Below, one piece after another: positions 41,503-51,956 of a stretch of DNA of 64,000 nt. Source of the stretch: Alphaproteobacteria bacterium (GTDB taxonomy: Bacteria > Pseudomonadota > Alphaproteobacteria > SHVV01); assembly GCA_965261735.1 (NCBI GenBank), contig OZ253470.1, positions 3,488,001 through 3,552,000 of the forward strand, in the 5' to 3' direction. The number at the start of each line of letters is the position of its first letter. Within the stretch, counting starts at the first letter, position 1. Position numbers and translations under genes: made by a program. Below the pieces are notes generated by a model. It was given only the letters and a program-made list of their open reading frames with translations, was not told the origin of the DNA and made no database searches.

Positions 41503-42315
41503 ATGGAACCGACTGGATCATGTTCGATTTGGTGCTGGTTTATCGCAAACAGCGCGGTGCTCCGTGACCTGGGTTCGATATTCCTGGCGGTCCTGGGCAT
41601 TGGGCTGCTGACGTGGAGGTCTTTAAGCGCAGGACGTCAGGCTAGAGCTTCTCAAACGCAGGCCGATCTTGCTCAGGAACAGATCTTCCTAGCGCGGCAT
41701 GACTCACTAGCCGACCGATACCAGAAGGCCTCGGACATGCTTGGTAGTGATCTGCTCTCAGTGCGACTAGGGGGAATTTACGGGCTGTGCCAGCTCGCGC
41801 AGGACTATCCAAAGGAATTCCACCTACGGGTCGTTAACCTCTTGGCAGCTTTCGTCCGTCACCCACCACCAATCGAACCGGCGGCAACTGAAACGGCGGC
41901 AACTGAAGAGCCCCTTTTCTCTGTGCCCGCCCCTCGCAGAGACGACATACAAGAAATTATCGATTTCTTTGGTAAGCGGTCGACCGAAGGTCGGGAGATC
42001 GAGAAAACGGAGCGTTACACCATCAACCTCAAAGGGTCCAACCTGAATGGAATCGATTTTTCGTCCGGCTCCAATCTTGAAGGGATCGATCTGCAACTCA
42101 CGAATTTGACGAGAGCATCTTTCATCAAAGTGCAAGGCTTGGCGCTGAAACAACTGTGGGGAGCGGGGGATGATGCTCCCGAATCAGTCTTCTTTTCGGA
42201 GACCCATGACTCTGAAACAGGAGCAAGTCTTGACGATCTAGTTCTGCGTTACGGCTCCAATCCCCGTCAAGCGTCCACCGCTAGTCCATCCGCATCACCT
42301 CCGCCCGGTGACTGA
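41503..42315 (+). CDS. Membrane-anchored pentapeptide-repeat protein
   Basis: N-terminal TM helix, RYQKASDMLGS..VRLGGIYGL and pentapeptide-like NLKGSNLNGIDF..SNLEGIDLQLTNLTRASF. Confidence 0.75.
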   Translation: MEPTGSCSIWCWFIANSAVLRDLGSIFLAVLGIGLLTWRSLSAGRQARASQTQADLAQEQIFLARHDSLADRYQKASDMLGSDLLSVRLGGIYGLCQLAQDYPKEFHLRVVNLLAAFVRHPPPIEPAATETAATEEPLFSVPAPRRDDIQEIIDFFGKRSTEGREIEKTERYTINLKGSNLNGIDFSSGSNLEGIDLQLTNLTRASFIKVQGLALKQLWGAGDDAPESVFFSETHDSETGASLDDLVLRYGSNPRQASTASPSASPPPGD

Positions 42316-42347
42316 GAACCCGCAACACTGATGCGGAAGAGGGGGAC

Positions 42348-42537
42348 ATGAGCCGCCACCACGTCCACCTGGATGCCCGCCGCTGGCAGGCGGTGCGCCG
42401 TGCCGTGTTCGAGCGCGACGGCTACAGGTGCGTCGAGTGCGGCAGGTCCGGGCGCCTGGAGTGCGACCACATTACGCCGCTCGACCGAGGCGGCGATCCC
42501 TGGGACCTCGACAACCTGCAAGCCCTCTGCCGCCGTT
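42348..42537 (+). pseudogene. Phage-type HNH endonuclease truncated by a MITE
   Basis: RDGYRCVECG...ECDHITPL.RGG..DLDNLQALCR; the final CH..K motif is replaced at 42538. Confidence 0.85.
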
Positions 42538-42570
42538 TGTTATTAGGCGTGCGTATTCGACGCCGATCGG

Positions 42571-44996
42571 GAGCTATGGCCAGAAGTTGGTGACGGGGTG
42601 AAGGGTTAAGGCGGCGTATCGTGGGGGTGATCGAGCCTCCACTTCTCCAACGAAGGAGTGATACGCCGTGAGTGACAATAACGTTTCCTGCTTATCCCTG
42701 AAAGTCATCCGGCGATGAGGAGGCGATAGGGCATGGGCTGGTTTCGTGCGGCGCTATGGACGAAACGCGGGATCATTGTCTGGAGTTGATAGCGCCGGTT
42801 GTAGCGCCAGGCGAAGCTGGCGAGATAGCGTCCGGCATGGTCGGGGCCGAGCTTGCGATAAGTCCCGGTGATCGCGCTCTTGATGTTGCCGAGCGTCGTG
42901 TTCACCCATTTGAACGATGCCATGCGGGCCGCCTGGCGGCCCGACCCGGTGCGGATCGCCTGGTGGCTGCAGGCGGCTTCTTCGAGTGCGCTCCAGCAGC
43001 CCAGGCGGTCCGTCACAACCGCCGCGCCGGGGGCCAGCCAGTGCTTGGCGCCGCGCGCGATCTCGCGCTTGCGGAAGCCCTTGACCGGCGCCAGCTTCAG
43101 CTTGCGCGGGCGCCCCTCGGGACTGGTCGAGACCGCCGCCACGAAGGGCGTTTTGCCCGCCGCGCCGCGGCCCCGCTTGCCGCCGGAGCGCACCCCGCCG
43201 AGATAGGCGTCGTCCATCTCGACCCGCCCCGTAAGCGCCGTCTCCCCCTCGCGCCGCGCCATCACCGCCATGATCTTGTGCTTCACGGCCCAGGCCGTCG
43301 GCTGCTTGACCCCGAGACGGCGGCCGAGTTCCACCGACGAGATGCCGTTCTTCGCCGTCACGATCAGGTGGATGGCGGCAAACCAGACTGTCAGCGGCAG
43401 CTTGGTCGCGTGGAAGATCGTGCCCGCCGTGGGCGATGTCTGCTTCTTGCACCGGTTGCATTGATAGAGACCCCGACCCGCCAACACGCAATGCTCCCGA
43501 TGGCCGCAGCAGGGGCAGACGAAGCCGCCCGGCCAGCGCAGCCGGACCAGCGCCGCGCGGCACTGCTCCTTGGTGCCGAAGGCCTCCCGAAACGCCTCGT
43601 CGTTCAGACCACGCACGCGCGATGCAACCTTGAACCCCATAACCGTGACCCCCTCATACAGAACATATTGAGAACATACATCCCCATAGGCGGAGTGTCG
43701 CGGATAAGCAGGTAACGTTTTGAAGCTTTCCCAGCCATCGACGTTTTCCGATCCGTTGACCGAGGTGCTGCGCAGCGGCGCCCGGTCCCTGCTGGCGCGG
43801 GCGGTCGAGGCGGAGGTGGCGGCGTTCCTTGATGGCCACTCCGAGGCGCGCACCGAAGAAGGCCGCCGACGGCTGGTGCGCCACGGCCACCTGCCCGAAC
43901 GCGAGATCATGACCGGCATCGGCCCGGTTGCGGTTCGCGCGCCACGCGTTCGCGACCGCACGGGCCTGGGCGCCGACCGCATCCGGTTCAGCTCCGCGCT
44001 CCTGCCGCCTTATGCGCGGCGCTCGAAGAGCCTCGAAGTCCTGATCCCGGTCCTCTACCTCAAGGGCATCTCCACGGGCGACTTCGCCGAGGCGCTGGCG
44101 GCCTTGCTCGGGCCAGACGCCGGCGGCCTGTCGGCCTCGACCGTCGCGCGGCTCACCGAGGTTTGGGCGGACGAGCACGCGCACTGGCTGAAGCGGGATC
44201 TGTCGGCCAGGCACTATGTCTACTTCTGGGCCGACGGCATCCATGTGCAGGCCCGGCTCGAGGACGATGCGCAATGCCTGCTGGTCATCATCGGCGCGAC
44301 GCCGGAGGGTAAGAAGGAACTCGTAGGCCTCATCGACGGGGTGCGCGAGAGCGCCCAATCGTGGCGCGAGCTGCTACTTGACCTCAAACGGCGCGGGCTT
44401 GCGGTCGCGCCCGAACTCGCCATCGCCGACGGCGCGCTCGGCTTCTGGAAGGCGATCGAGGAAGTGTGGCCCCGGACCCGCAGCCAGCGCTGTTGGGTGC
44501 ACAAGACCGCCAACATGCTCAACAAGCTGCCCAAGAGCCAGCACTCGAAGGTAAAGCGTGCTCTCCAGGAGATCTGGATGGCCGAGACCAGGAACGACGC
44601 AGACAGAGCCTTCGACGCCTTCATCGAGACCTACGCCGTCAAGTACGACAAGGCGGCCGCCTGCCTGGTCAAGGATCGCGCGACGATGCTGGCGTTCTAC
44701 GACTTTCCCGCCGAGCATTGGAAGCATCTGCGCACCACCAACCCCATCGAAAGCACATTCGCCACCGTGCGACACCGTACCGTGCGATCCAAGGGATGCC
44801 TCTCCAACAAGACGGCGCTCGCCATGGTCTTCAAACTCGCCCAGGCGGCACAGAACAGTTGGCGCCGCCTCGACGGACACAACCAGTTGCCCAAGCTGAT
44901 CGTCAGCGTAAAGTTCATCGACGGAATCGAAGCCGTCAGGCAACAACCTCAAGCCGCCGCCTGACCTAAACCGTCACCAAGATTCGGCTATAGCTC
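42571..44996 (+). mobile_element. IS256-family element whose transposase 5' end is interrupted by an IS1595
   Basis: IRs GAGCTATGGCCAGAAGTTGGTGACGG / CCGTCACCAAGATTCGGCTATAGCTC, 9-bp TSD GCCGATCGG. The ORF starts at GTG 42668 and resumes at about 43720..44964. Confidence 0.92.
42687..43712 (-). mobile_element. IS1595-family element, second type (transposase 42705..43640)
   Basis: IRs CCTGCTTATCC / GGATAAGCAGG, 8-bp TSD TAACGTTT, CPCC..CNRC, EMDDAY and YLASFAWRYNRR. Confidence 0.93.
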
Positions 44997-45050
44997 GCCG
45001 ATCGGCGTCCTGACCTTTTGACTTCGTTAGTGTCTGTGGGGTCATAGTTG

Positions 45051-45232
45051 GGGTCTGACTCAATCTAGATGATGGTGGCTTCGGACAGCACGACGAGGCG
45101 GATTCTGAGCACATCCAGATCGACACATCCCAAAACATGGCGCTGGAAGGCCCCCAGATTGTCGATCTGGCCTCCATTCGCCGACATCTGGCGTCCATAA
45201 ACCGCTGACATCATCGAGACCGCGACAGACCC
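45051..45232. mobile_element. About 180-bp MITE with ISL3-like ends, copy 1
   Basis: Ends GGGTCTGACTCAATCTAGATG / CATCGAGACCGCGACAGACCC, flanked by the direct repeat ATAGTTG. Confidence 0.75.
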
Positions 45233-45261
45233 ATAGTTGGGCGCCGAATAACAACCGTGGT

Positions 45262-45415
45262 CGATTGCTGACCTTCTACGATTTCGCGGCCCAACACTGG
45301 AAGCACGTCCAATCGAGCAACCCGATATCCCTTGTCGCTGAGACAGGTCGAAGATCTGCTGTCCGAACGTGGCATCGACGTCTGCCACGAGACAGTACGG
45401 TACTGGTGGAACCGG
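45262..45415 (+). pseudogene. Adjacent IS256 and IS6 transposase fragments
   Basis: LTFYDFAAQHWKHVQSSNPI followed by LSLRQVEDLLSERGIDVCHETVRYWWNR. Confidence 0.65.
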
Positions 45416-45427
45416 AGGGCGCAGCCG

Positions 45428-45715
45428 TTATGCGGCCGCGACGCGCTTGACCATGATCTGTCGTTCCAAGTCACGCGATTGGGCAAGGTCAAAGGCCATC
45501 TGCATGCCAAGCCATGTTTCTGGGGTCGAACCGAAAGCCTTTGACAGTCGATAGGCCATTTCAATGGAAACAGATGCTTTCTCGTTCACCAGATTGGAAA
45601 GTGTCTGACGCCCGACACCGAGGCTCTTTGCACCTTCGGTGACCGACAGGGACAGCGGTTTCAGGCAGTCCTCACGCACAATGGCGCCAGGATGGACAGG
45701 GTTCTTCATCGCCAT
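45428..45715 (-). CDS. higA: HigA antitoxin
   Basis: MKNPVHPGAIVRE, HTH and RLSKAFGSTPETWLGMQ. Confidence 0.92.
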   Translation of the reverse strand: MAMKNPVHPGAIVREDCLKPLSLSVTEGAKSLGVGRQTLSNLVNEKASVSIEMAYRLSKAFGSTPETWLGMQMAFDLAQSRDLERQIMVKRVAAA

Positions 45716-45726
45716 GTCACGGGCTC

Positions 45727-46005
45727 CTAGTGGTAATCCAGATAATCAACATCTACGGCGTGTCCGTCCTCGAACCGAAATGTCACCCGCCAATTGCCGG
45801 AGACCGATACCGCGTAATGACCTTTCATACGGCCCTTGAGCGGGTGTAACCGAAAGCCCGGAAGGTCCATCCCTTCGGGACCATCGCTTCGATCCAATGC
45901 GGTGAGGATGCGCTCAATCTTGGTAATATGGCCCGGCGAGACCCGAGCGGAGCCTCCATCCTTGTACAGCTCCCTTAAGCCGCGATGACGAAATGACTTG
46001 ATCAC
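45727..46005 (-). CDS. higB: HigB (RelE-like) toxin
   Basis: MIKSFRHRGL...LHPLKG..YAVSVSGNWRVTFRF..VDYLDYH; toxin-first gene order. Confidence 0.92.
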   Translation of the reverse strand: MIKSFRHRGLRELYKDGGSARVSPGHITKIERILTALDRSDGPEGMDLPGFRLHPLKGRMKGHYAVSVSGNWRVTFRFEDGHAVDVDYLDYH

Positions 46006-46209
46006 CTGAGGTAGTGTATGGTGTCAATCGACAGATATCAACCCCGGGATGACGACCGGCGCTGTCCAGTCAGACCATCTGAGCGGAGCCTGAGTCGCTA
46101 ATAATCTACGGGCGAGCGAATCATCGTCGACGGGCTCGACGAGATCGCCTCCGTAGCGCCAGGCAGCGCGGTCGAAGCCGTGTTGACGCAACTTTCGGCA
46201 ATGGGCAAT

Positions 46210-46345
46210 CCACTCTTTGACAAGACGTTTGCGAAGACAGAGGCGATTCTTATCGAACACCGCGACATGCCGCACTATGGCGCCGCGCAGTTGCTCGAAG
46301 AAGAAACTCTAAGCGGAGATCAACTTGGCGCAATCGTCGGGTCGC
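46210..46345 (+). pseudogene. Possible FtsH C-terminal fragment
   Basis: AILIEHR...GAAQLLEEETLSGDQL. Confidence 0.4.
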
Positions 46346-46398
46346 CCGCCAGGCAGCCACCACCTCAACGGCCGACTGAGACGCCAGTTGGCGCACAC

Positions 46399-46610
46399 CT
46401 AACCGGGTGCGTTATCGATGTCTGCTTCCGACAGCAGCCAGTCGCGGAAGATCTTGACCTTTGGGCGGTCTGCGTTCGTCAGCGGACACATGACGTAGTA
46501 TGCCTCATCAAGCGGCAAGGAGATGTCGAATGGCCTGACCAGACGGCCGTCGGCGAGCGCCGTGGCGGCTATGGCACTGCGTGCCACGGCAACGCCCTGA
46601 CCTCGAGATC
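46399..46610 (-). pseudogene. LysR (GcvA-like) substrate-binding C-terminal fragment
   Basis: GQGVAVAR..LADGRLVRPF..YYV..KVKIFRDWLLSEA. Confidence 0.7.
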
Positions 46611-46697
46611 GCCCGGCAGACGCACGACGCCTTTTGCACGATCCCGTCTCGCACTCGCCGGCGCTCCCGTGGTCCCGCAAAGGCGGGACGGAACAGG

Positions 46698-47345
46698 TCA
46701 GTGGATCGTCGGCTTGTCGACCACCATGGTCGAGAGAGCTTGTTGCCGCGTTCGCTTGCAGACAAGTACCAGAGCTTGTAGCTCTTTCTCGGCGATGCGT
46801 GTGAGCTCCCGCACGTTCTTGACGGTGCTCGCCAGGTCCTTTTCGAACGCCGGCGGCACCGCCTCCCTTTCGATGAGATCGACAATGCCGCGCATCATGG
46901 CGTTGATCTCGCCGAGACTGTCCAGGGCTTCGCTGGCCCGTTCGGGCAGTTCGATGGCCTCCTTATCGCCGAACAGGCCATCGATGAAGCCTTCAAGCTC
47001 TTCCGTGCGCACCCGGCACATGCGCCGAAGGTCGTCCGGGTCACACTTGGCGGCTATCCGAGTCAAACGGAACGGCTTGGTTGCCGATTGATGTTTCGCC
47101 AATTCGTTCCAGAGGCTCATCAGAGCCTCGAACAGCTCGTTGGCGGCCTCTGCGTTGTCGAACTCGGGCAGCTCGCCACCCCAAAAACCCCCTATAGTTC
47201 GGAGGGGGGACGTATCGAGATTGGGCGTTGCGATATTGCCGAAGAAGCGTGTACGCACGACATGAAACGGAATCGGACATGCGTAACGCTCCAATAGAGC
47301 GCGGACCGTCTTGTCCCCAACGAATCTGTGGGAAGGCTTGTTCAT
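46698..47345 (-). CDS. Hypothetical protein (215 aa)
   Basis: Protein-like portion of ORF 46698..47975, starting at MNKPSHRF. Confidence 0.65.
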   Translation of the reverse strand: MNKPSHRFVGDKTVRALLERYACPIPFHVVRTRFFGNIATPNLDTSPLRTIGGFWGGELPEFDNAEAANELFEALMSLWNELAKHQSATKPFRLTRIAAKCDPDDLRRMCRVRTEELEGFIDGLFGDKEAIELPERASEALDSLGEINAMMRGIVDLIEREAVPPAFEKDLASTVKNVRELTRIAEKELQALVLVCKRTRQQALSTMVVDKPTIH

Positions 47346-47666
47346 TCTCGATCCAACATCTAGACCATCCACTTGCTCACACCAGCCTACGCCGCCCATT
47401 GTCCGAATGTCTCTATCAGATGCCTTTTGTTGGCCAACCGCTCGACCTGCCCGATTCCGATCCCGCGCTCGCGCGGGAAGTGAACAACGCCGGCGGGCCG
47501 ACACTGATGCGGCAGCAAGTGTTGAGGGGTCTGCACGAACGCGGCAACGACGCCCACCATCGGCGGTTGTGTCTGACCTTCGGGCATCGCGCATGAGCGC
47601 GCGATGCATCCGTGCGTTGGGAGGGGAGCTTTTGGGGCTATATCCACACCCTGGCGGCACGCTGAC

Positions 47667-47865
47667 ATGACGACCCCAGTGCAGCAGATGCCCGCGTGGT
47701 CCGGGCCCGCGTTTCTCTCCTTCGGCTTCCGACCGTTTTTTCTCTCCGCGGCGGTCTGGGCGGCGCTGAGCATGGCGCTTTGGGTGTCGATGCTGTCGGG
47801 GCGACTGGAACTGACGACAGCGTTCGATCCCGTGTCCTGGCATGCCCATGAAGTGCTGTTCGGAT
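47667..47865 (+). pseudogene. nnrS: NnrS N-terminus truncated by IS6
   Basis: FLSFGFRPFFL...WHAHEVLFG. Confidence 0.85.
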
Positions 47866-48668
47866 GGCATTGACACGTTAAGTCGGTGGCCGGATCGGGC
47901 AGGGGCCGCTACCGTCGGCGTATGACGCCAATTTCTTTCAAGCGACATCGTTTTTCGCCAGAGATCATCCAGCATGCGGTCTGGCTCTATGCTCGGTTCA
48001 CGCTGTCATTTCGCGATGTCGAGGACCTGCTGGCCGAGCGCGGTATCGATGTCTCGAACGAGACGGTGCGACGCTGGTTTCTGAAATTCGGGCGCCTGAT
48101 CTCAGGCAATCTTCGCCGCAGCCGTCCACGTGCCAGTGCTCGTTGGCACCTTGACGAAATGGTCATCAGTATCCGCGGTCGAAGACATTGGCTGTGGCGG
48201 GCGGTCGACGACGAAGGTGAAGTTCTCGACTTCCTGGTCCAGCCACGACGCTGCGCCCGATCGGCGCAGAGGTTGCTGCGGAAGCTGCTGAAGAAGCAGG
48301 GCTTTGCGCCGAAGCGCATTACCACGGACAAGCTCAAATCCTACGCTGTTGCGATCCGCAAAGAGCGACTTACCGCTATTCACGATCAGGGATTGCGGGC
48401 GAACAATCGAGCCGAGAATTCACACCAGCCGGTACGTCGACGCGAACGAAAACAACAGCGATTCAATTCACCGGGATCCGCCCAACGGTTCCTTTCAATC
48501 CACGCCGCCGTCTACAACGCTTTCTACGTCCAGCACCATCTTTTACCCCGCCGCATTTTCAAGGCGTTTCGAGCCGAGACGTTCGCTGTCTGGAATCAAG
48601 GCTGGTGTGCTGCCTGATCCAGATCACGATCCAATTGTGCCGAACGCGGCAGTTAACGTGTCAATGCC
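47866..48668 (+). mobile_element. IS6-family element (transposase 47922..48617)
   Basis: IRs GGCATTGACACGTTAA / TTAACGTGTCAATGCC, FKRHRF, WHLDE and NNRAENSH. No TSD. Confidence 0.93.
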
Positions 48669-48846
48669 CCTTGGCCTGACCCTGACGGTCGGCGATGAAC
48701 TCGTTGATCCGTGCACGGGCAAGAACGGCAAGCACGCGATGAAGGGCTTGTTCCGGCAGTCCGTCTTCGGCCGCCTTGGGGGCAAGATCGACGCTCCGCT
48801 CAAGGACGTCGAACAGCGAGCCAAAAAACCAGATCGAGGTGATGCC

Positions 48847-49632
48847 ATGCCGATTTACGATAAACCAACTAAAGAACTAATGCGCGAATTTGCCACAGAA
48901 CGTCTGACCCCAGGCCAAGTATTCAATGGCAAGGAGGCAGTTGCCTGGTTTGCCGAACGCTACCCCAACATCAAAAACAATACGGTGAGCATGCATGTCG
49001 ATGGGATGGCGGTGAACTCGAACAGGCGTAAACATGTCTCGACCGCGCGCCCCGGCGGCGGGCTCGATCTCTTTTATAAGCTAGGTCCCAATCAGTACCG
49101 CCTGTGGGATCCCGACAATGATCCGGCGCCGATGTACAGGGACGACTTCGAGAAGGCGGATGAGCGACGCACCGACGACGATGATCAGGACGTTGATGAG
49201 GAGACCGATGTTCAAGAAAGGGAGAGGTCGGCAGAGTTCGCCTATGAAGCTGATCTCAAAAATTACCTCGCCCGCAACCTACATGTCCTGGAGGGCGGTT
49301 TGACCCTCTACGAAGACGAGGATGGGACATTTACCGGTCTTGAGTTTCCCGTGGGTGGACGCTTCATCGATATCTTGGCCTGCGATCGCAATGGTGATTT
49401 CGTGGTTATCGAGCTGAAAGTGTCACGCGGGTACGACCGGGTGATCGGGCAACTTCTCCGTTACATGGCATGGATCTCGAAAAACCTCGCCGATGGACGA
49501 CCGGTTCGCGGCGTGATTGTCGCCAGCAAGATCACCAAGGACCTGCTACTAGCGACGTCATTAGTCGGCAATGTAGCCCTCTGGCAATACCAACTGTCGT
49601 TTCAGATGGAACCGGTCGCTGCACCTGTTTGA
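48847..49632 (+). CDS. Endonuclease NucS-like protein, copy 2
   Basis: Identical to 23259..24044 except for two residues (NGGF/NGDF and ITED/ITKD). Confidence 0.85.
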   Translation: MPIYDKPTKELMREFATERLTPGQVFNGKEAVAWFAERYPNIKNNTVSMHVDGMAVNSNRRKHVSTARPGGGLDLFYKLGPNQYRLWDPDNDPAPMYRDDFEKADERRTDDDDQDVDEETDVQERERSAEFAYEADLKNYLARNLHVLEGGLTLYEDEDGTFTGLEFPVGGRFIDILACDRNGDFVVIELKVSRGYDRVIGQLLRYMAWISKNLADGRPVRGVIVASKITKDLLLATSLVGNVALWQYQLSFQMEPVAAPV

Positions 49633-50044
49633 CCGACCTCACGCAACACATCGGCCATCAACGCATCATTACCAATTTGAAGGACAAACCGCCACGCTCG
49701 CGCAAGCCGAAGCGGTTGGCCGCGCGCAGAACCCGTTGCAGATAGTTCCCGCCCGTCTTCCCGCCCCGGCTGCGGATGGGCGTGAAGCGGTCCTCGCCGT
49801 CGCCGCTCATCGCGCGGCCATCACGGCAACGGTGGAATGGAGTAACATCGTAGAAAGCCCCGCCTGCTCCATGGCTTACGCCGAAACGGGGCGTCACCCA
49901 AACCTCGCGTAGCGCCGAAAAAGAGACGTGCAGACAAGGACATGGGCGGGCGTTGTCAGACAAAAATGGATTGATGCGCAGGTGGGGCCTCCATAGTTTT
50001 CCAGCGCATGCGCTGAAGGGCGGGTCGCGCCGTCACCCAGCCTG

Positions 50045-50245
50045 TTGCTCCGGTCTGCTATGGCCGAAGCCCGGACGATCAGCGATCCTGCCGGGAACGC
50101 CAAACTCTGCAAGGGTTCCGAGGGCGGGCGCCGCATGAGGGCCAAGGACGATGCAGCGGCGGCTACGATCCTTGCAGTTAGTGCCGGGGTCCGGGCCGCA
50201 CTCCACCTTGCCCCACGTGGTGGGGTCTACATGGGAATGGTATAA
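50045..50245 (+). pseudogene. Probable phage terminase large subunit C-terminal fragment
   Basis: SAMAEARTISDPAGNAKLCK...KDDAAAATILAV resembles the terminase nuclease C-terminus (D..GN.K..K...D...A). Confidence 0.5.
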
Positions 50246-50355
50246 CTTGACCCCTCGACAGGTTGAACCCCGCGCTCGCGCTACCGGCGGATGGTGGCGC
50301 GGTATGTTCGGCCACGGTAAGGCGAAGTGAATCACTTCAGAAAGGACAAAAATCG

Positions 50356-50640
50356 ATGAGTAGTGTGAGGAAAGAGTTGGAGGAGCTTGCGGTTCGTATC
50401 GGGAAAGAAGCGGCTGACAAGAAACAGGCCGATGAGCAGTGGGATGCTTCCATTTCAAACAACAGAATCTGGCTGAACCTAAGCATTTTAACTTACAGCA
50501 CGTCGGAAGAGATAAATGAGGAGAATTGTGGTGACTTAGAATCTCTCATGGCCTCGATGAGGGGAAATTTGGAACAGCAGCGTCGTAAAGATGAGAAGTA
50601 CGCAAGAGCTCTACTTGAAAAATGCGGCCCCGGCACTTGA
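50356..50640 (+). CDS. Hypothetical low-GC protein (94 aa)
   Basis: AAGGA RBS, helical charged sequence. Confidence 0.55.
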   Translation: MSSVRKELEELAVRIGKEAADKKQADEQWDASISNNRIWLNLSILTYSTSEEINEENCGDLESLMASMRGNLEQQRRKDEKYARALLEKCGPGT

Positions 50641-50670
50641 GGGCGGAAGAGCAGTGTCGCAACGGAGCAC

Positions 50671-50850
50671 ATGAGCCACCACCACCTCCACCTCAACGCG
50701 CGCCGCTGGGCTCAGGTCCGGTGGCGCGTCTTCGAGCGCAAAGGCTGGCGCCAGCGAGTGCAGCACAAGCGCTCCACGTGGCCCGGGCTGTTCAGCGGGC
50801 TAGTGGATAGATTCCGACGCTTCGATCCCTTCCCAGGCGGCCATTGTTGA
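50671..50850 (+). pseudogene. Short ORF with an HNH-like N-terminus and no catalytic core
   Basis: MSHHHLHLNARRWAQVRWRVFERKGW matches the start of the 42348 HNH; GGAG RBS. Confidence 0.55.
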
Positions 50851-50898
50851 CGGATATCCCCGATATTTCAATATGATAGCTTGTTTGGTGTTTGGATC

Positions 50899-51824
50899 CT
50901 TGCCTATCCGGTTAACGCCCATGACCGCTACATGTAGGGTGCCGCCACTCTCCCGAGTAAAGCTCGGCATAGGTTGGAGCAGAGGTGTCGCCCGCGATGC
51001 CGAGCAATGAGCGGAAGGCGTTGAACGGGTAGAACCGCCTGTTGAAGCGGAAGGTGAACTCGTTGAGGTAGGCTTGTAGGTGCTGGTGGCTAACGCCGTG
51101 GTGGATACCGATCAGCCACGTCTTCAGGTTGGCGAAAACCAGCACGACGGCGAGCCGAACGCGTCCGGCATAGCGTCCGTCTTTCCGGTTGTCGAGCTTG
51201 GTGCCCGGCTTTCGATGACGCACCTCGATGGCACAGGAGACGGGAACCTTGTGGTGAACACCACGGCCTTCCCCACGCGTTCGCCCGCCAACCCAGGTTT
51301 CGTCCACCTCAACATGGTTCTTGGGCTGTCCACCGGATCCTGTCTTGGTTGGGCCGCACCATGCCCGAGCGGAGCTTGTGGAGAATTTGAAAGGCCGTCT
51401 CGTAGCGCGAAAGACCAAGTTGCCGCTGAAACTGCACGGCGGACATGCCGGGCGTCTGACTGGCGACCAGATAAGCGGCCCAGAACCAGACGTTCAGCGG
51501 AGTGTGGCTACGCTCCATCACTGTTCCCACCGTCAGCCCGGTGTTCTGGCGGCACTTGCGGCAGCGCAGGACGCCAGGGCGGTTTTCAAAGTGGAACGGC
51601 TCTCCTGCCGTGCCGCAGTGCGGGCAGGCAAAGCCGTCTCCCCAGCGGGCTTTCTCCAGGTAGGCGGCGCAGGCCGCATCATCGGGGAAAAGTCGCTGGA
51701 ACTCGGGTAGCGAATGCGGGAATGGGAGATCGGCGCGGTCGAGAACATCCATGGCGCGCTCCCCTATATCCGGGTTGCGCCCATTCTAGCCCTAGTGGGT
51801 GTGGGTGTAAACCGGATATGCAAG
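50899..51824 (-). mobile_element. IS1595 copy 2, with an internal deletion and a frameshift
   Basis: Same IRs as 24106..25210, 8-bp TSD TTTGGATC, about 180 bp missing near 51140. Confidence 0.92.
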
Positions 51825-51956
51825 TTTGGATCTATTCGTCTCGATCAATCCACTAGGTTCCACAGGGCACGCGCAAGAGTTTTACGGGGAGACTAAAGCA
51901 GTGGACGTGAACCTGAAAGTTCCAGCAATAGAAAAACTACTGGACTATGCTGCTAG

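Larger units (their letters stand above)
42538..45253. repeat. About 90-bp MITE copy 4, split by an IS256 and an ISL3-type MITE
   Basis: Pieces 42538-42570, 45006-45050 and 45240-45253 reassemble into one unit. Confidence 0.75.

Noticed and set aside
48304-48846. N-terminal extension making a 442-aa NucS fusion
   Set aside because: The extension is an off-frame read through IS6 and an IS1380 remnant. The duplicate copy shows the real start at 48847.
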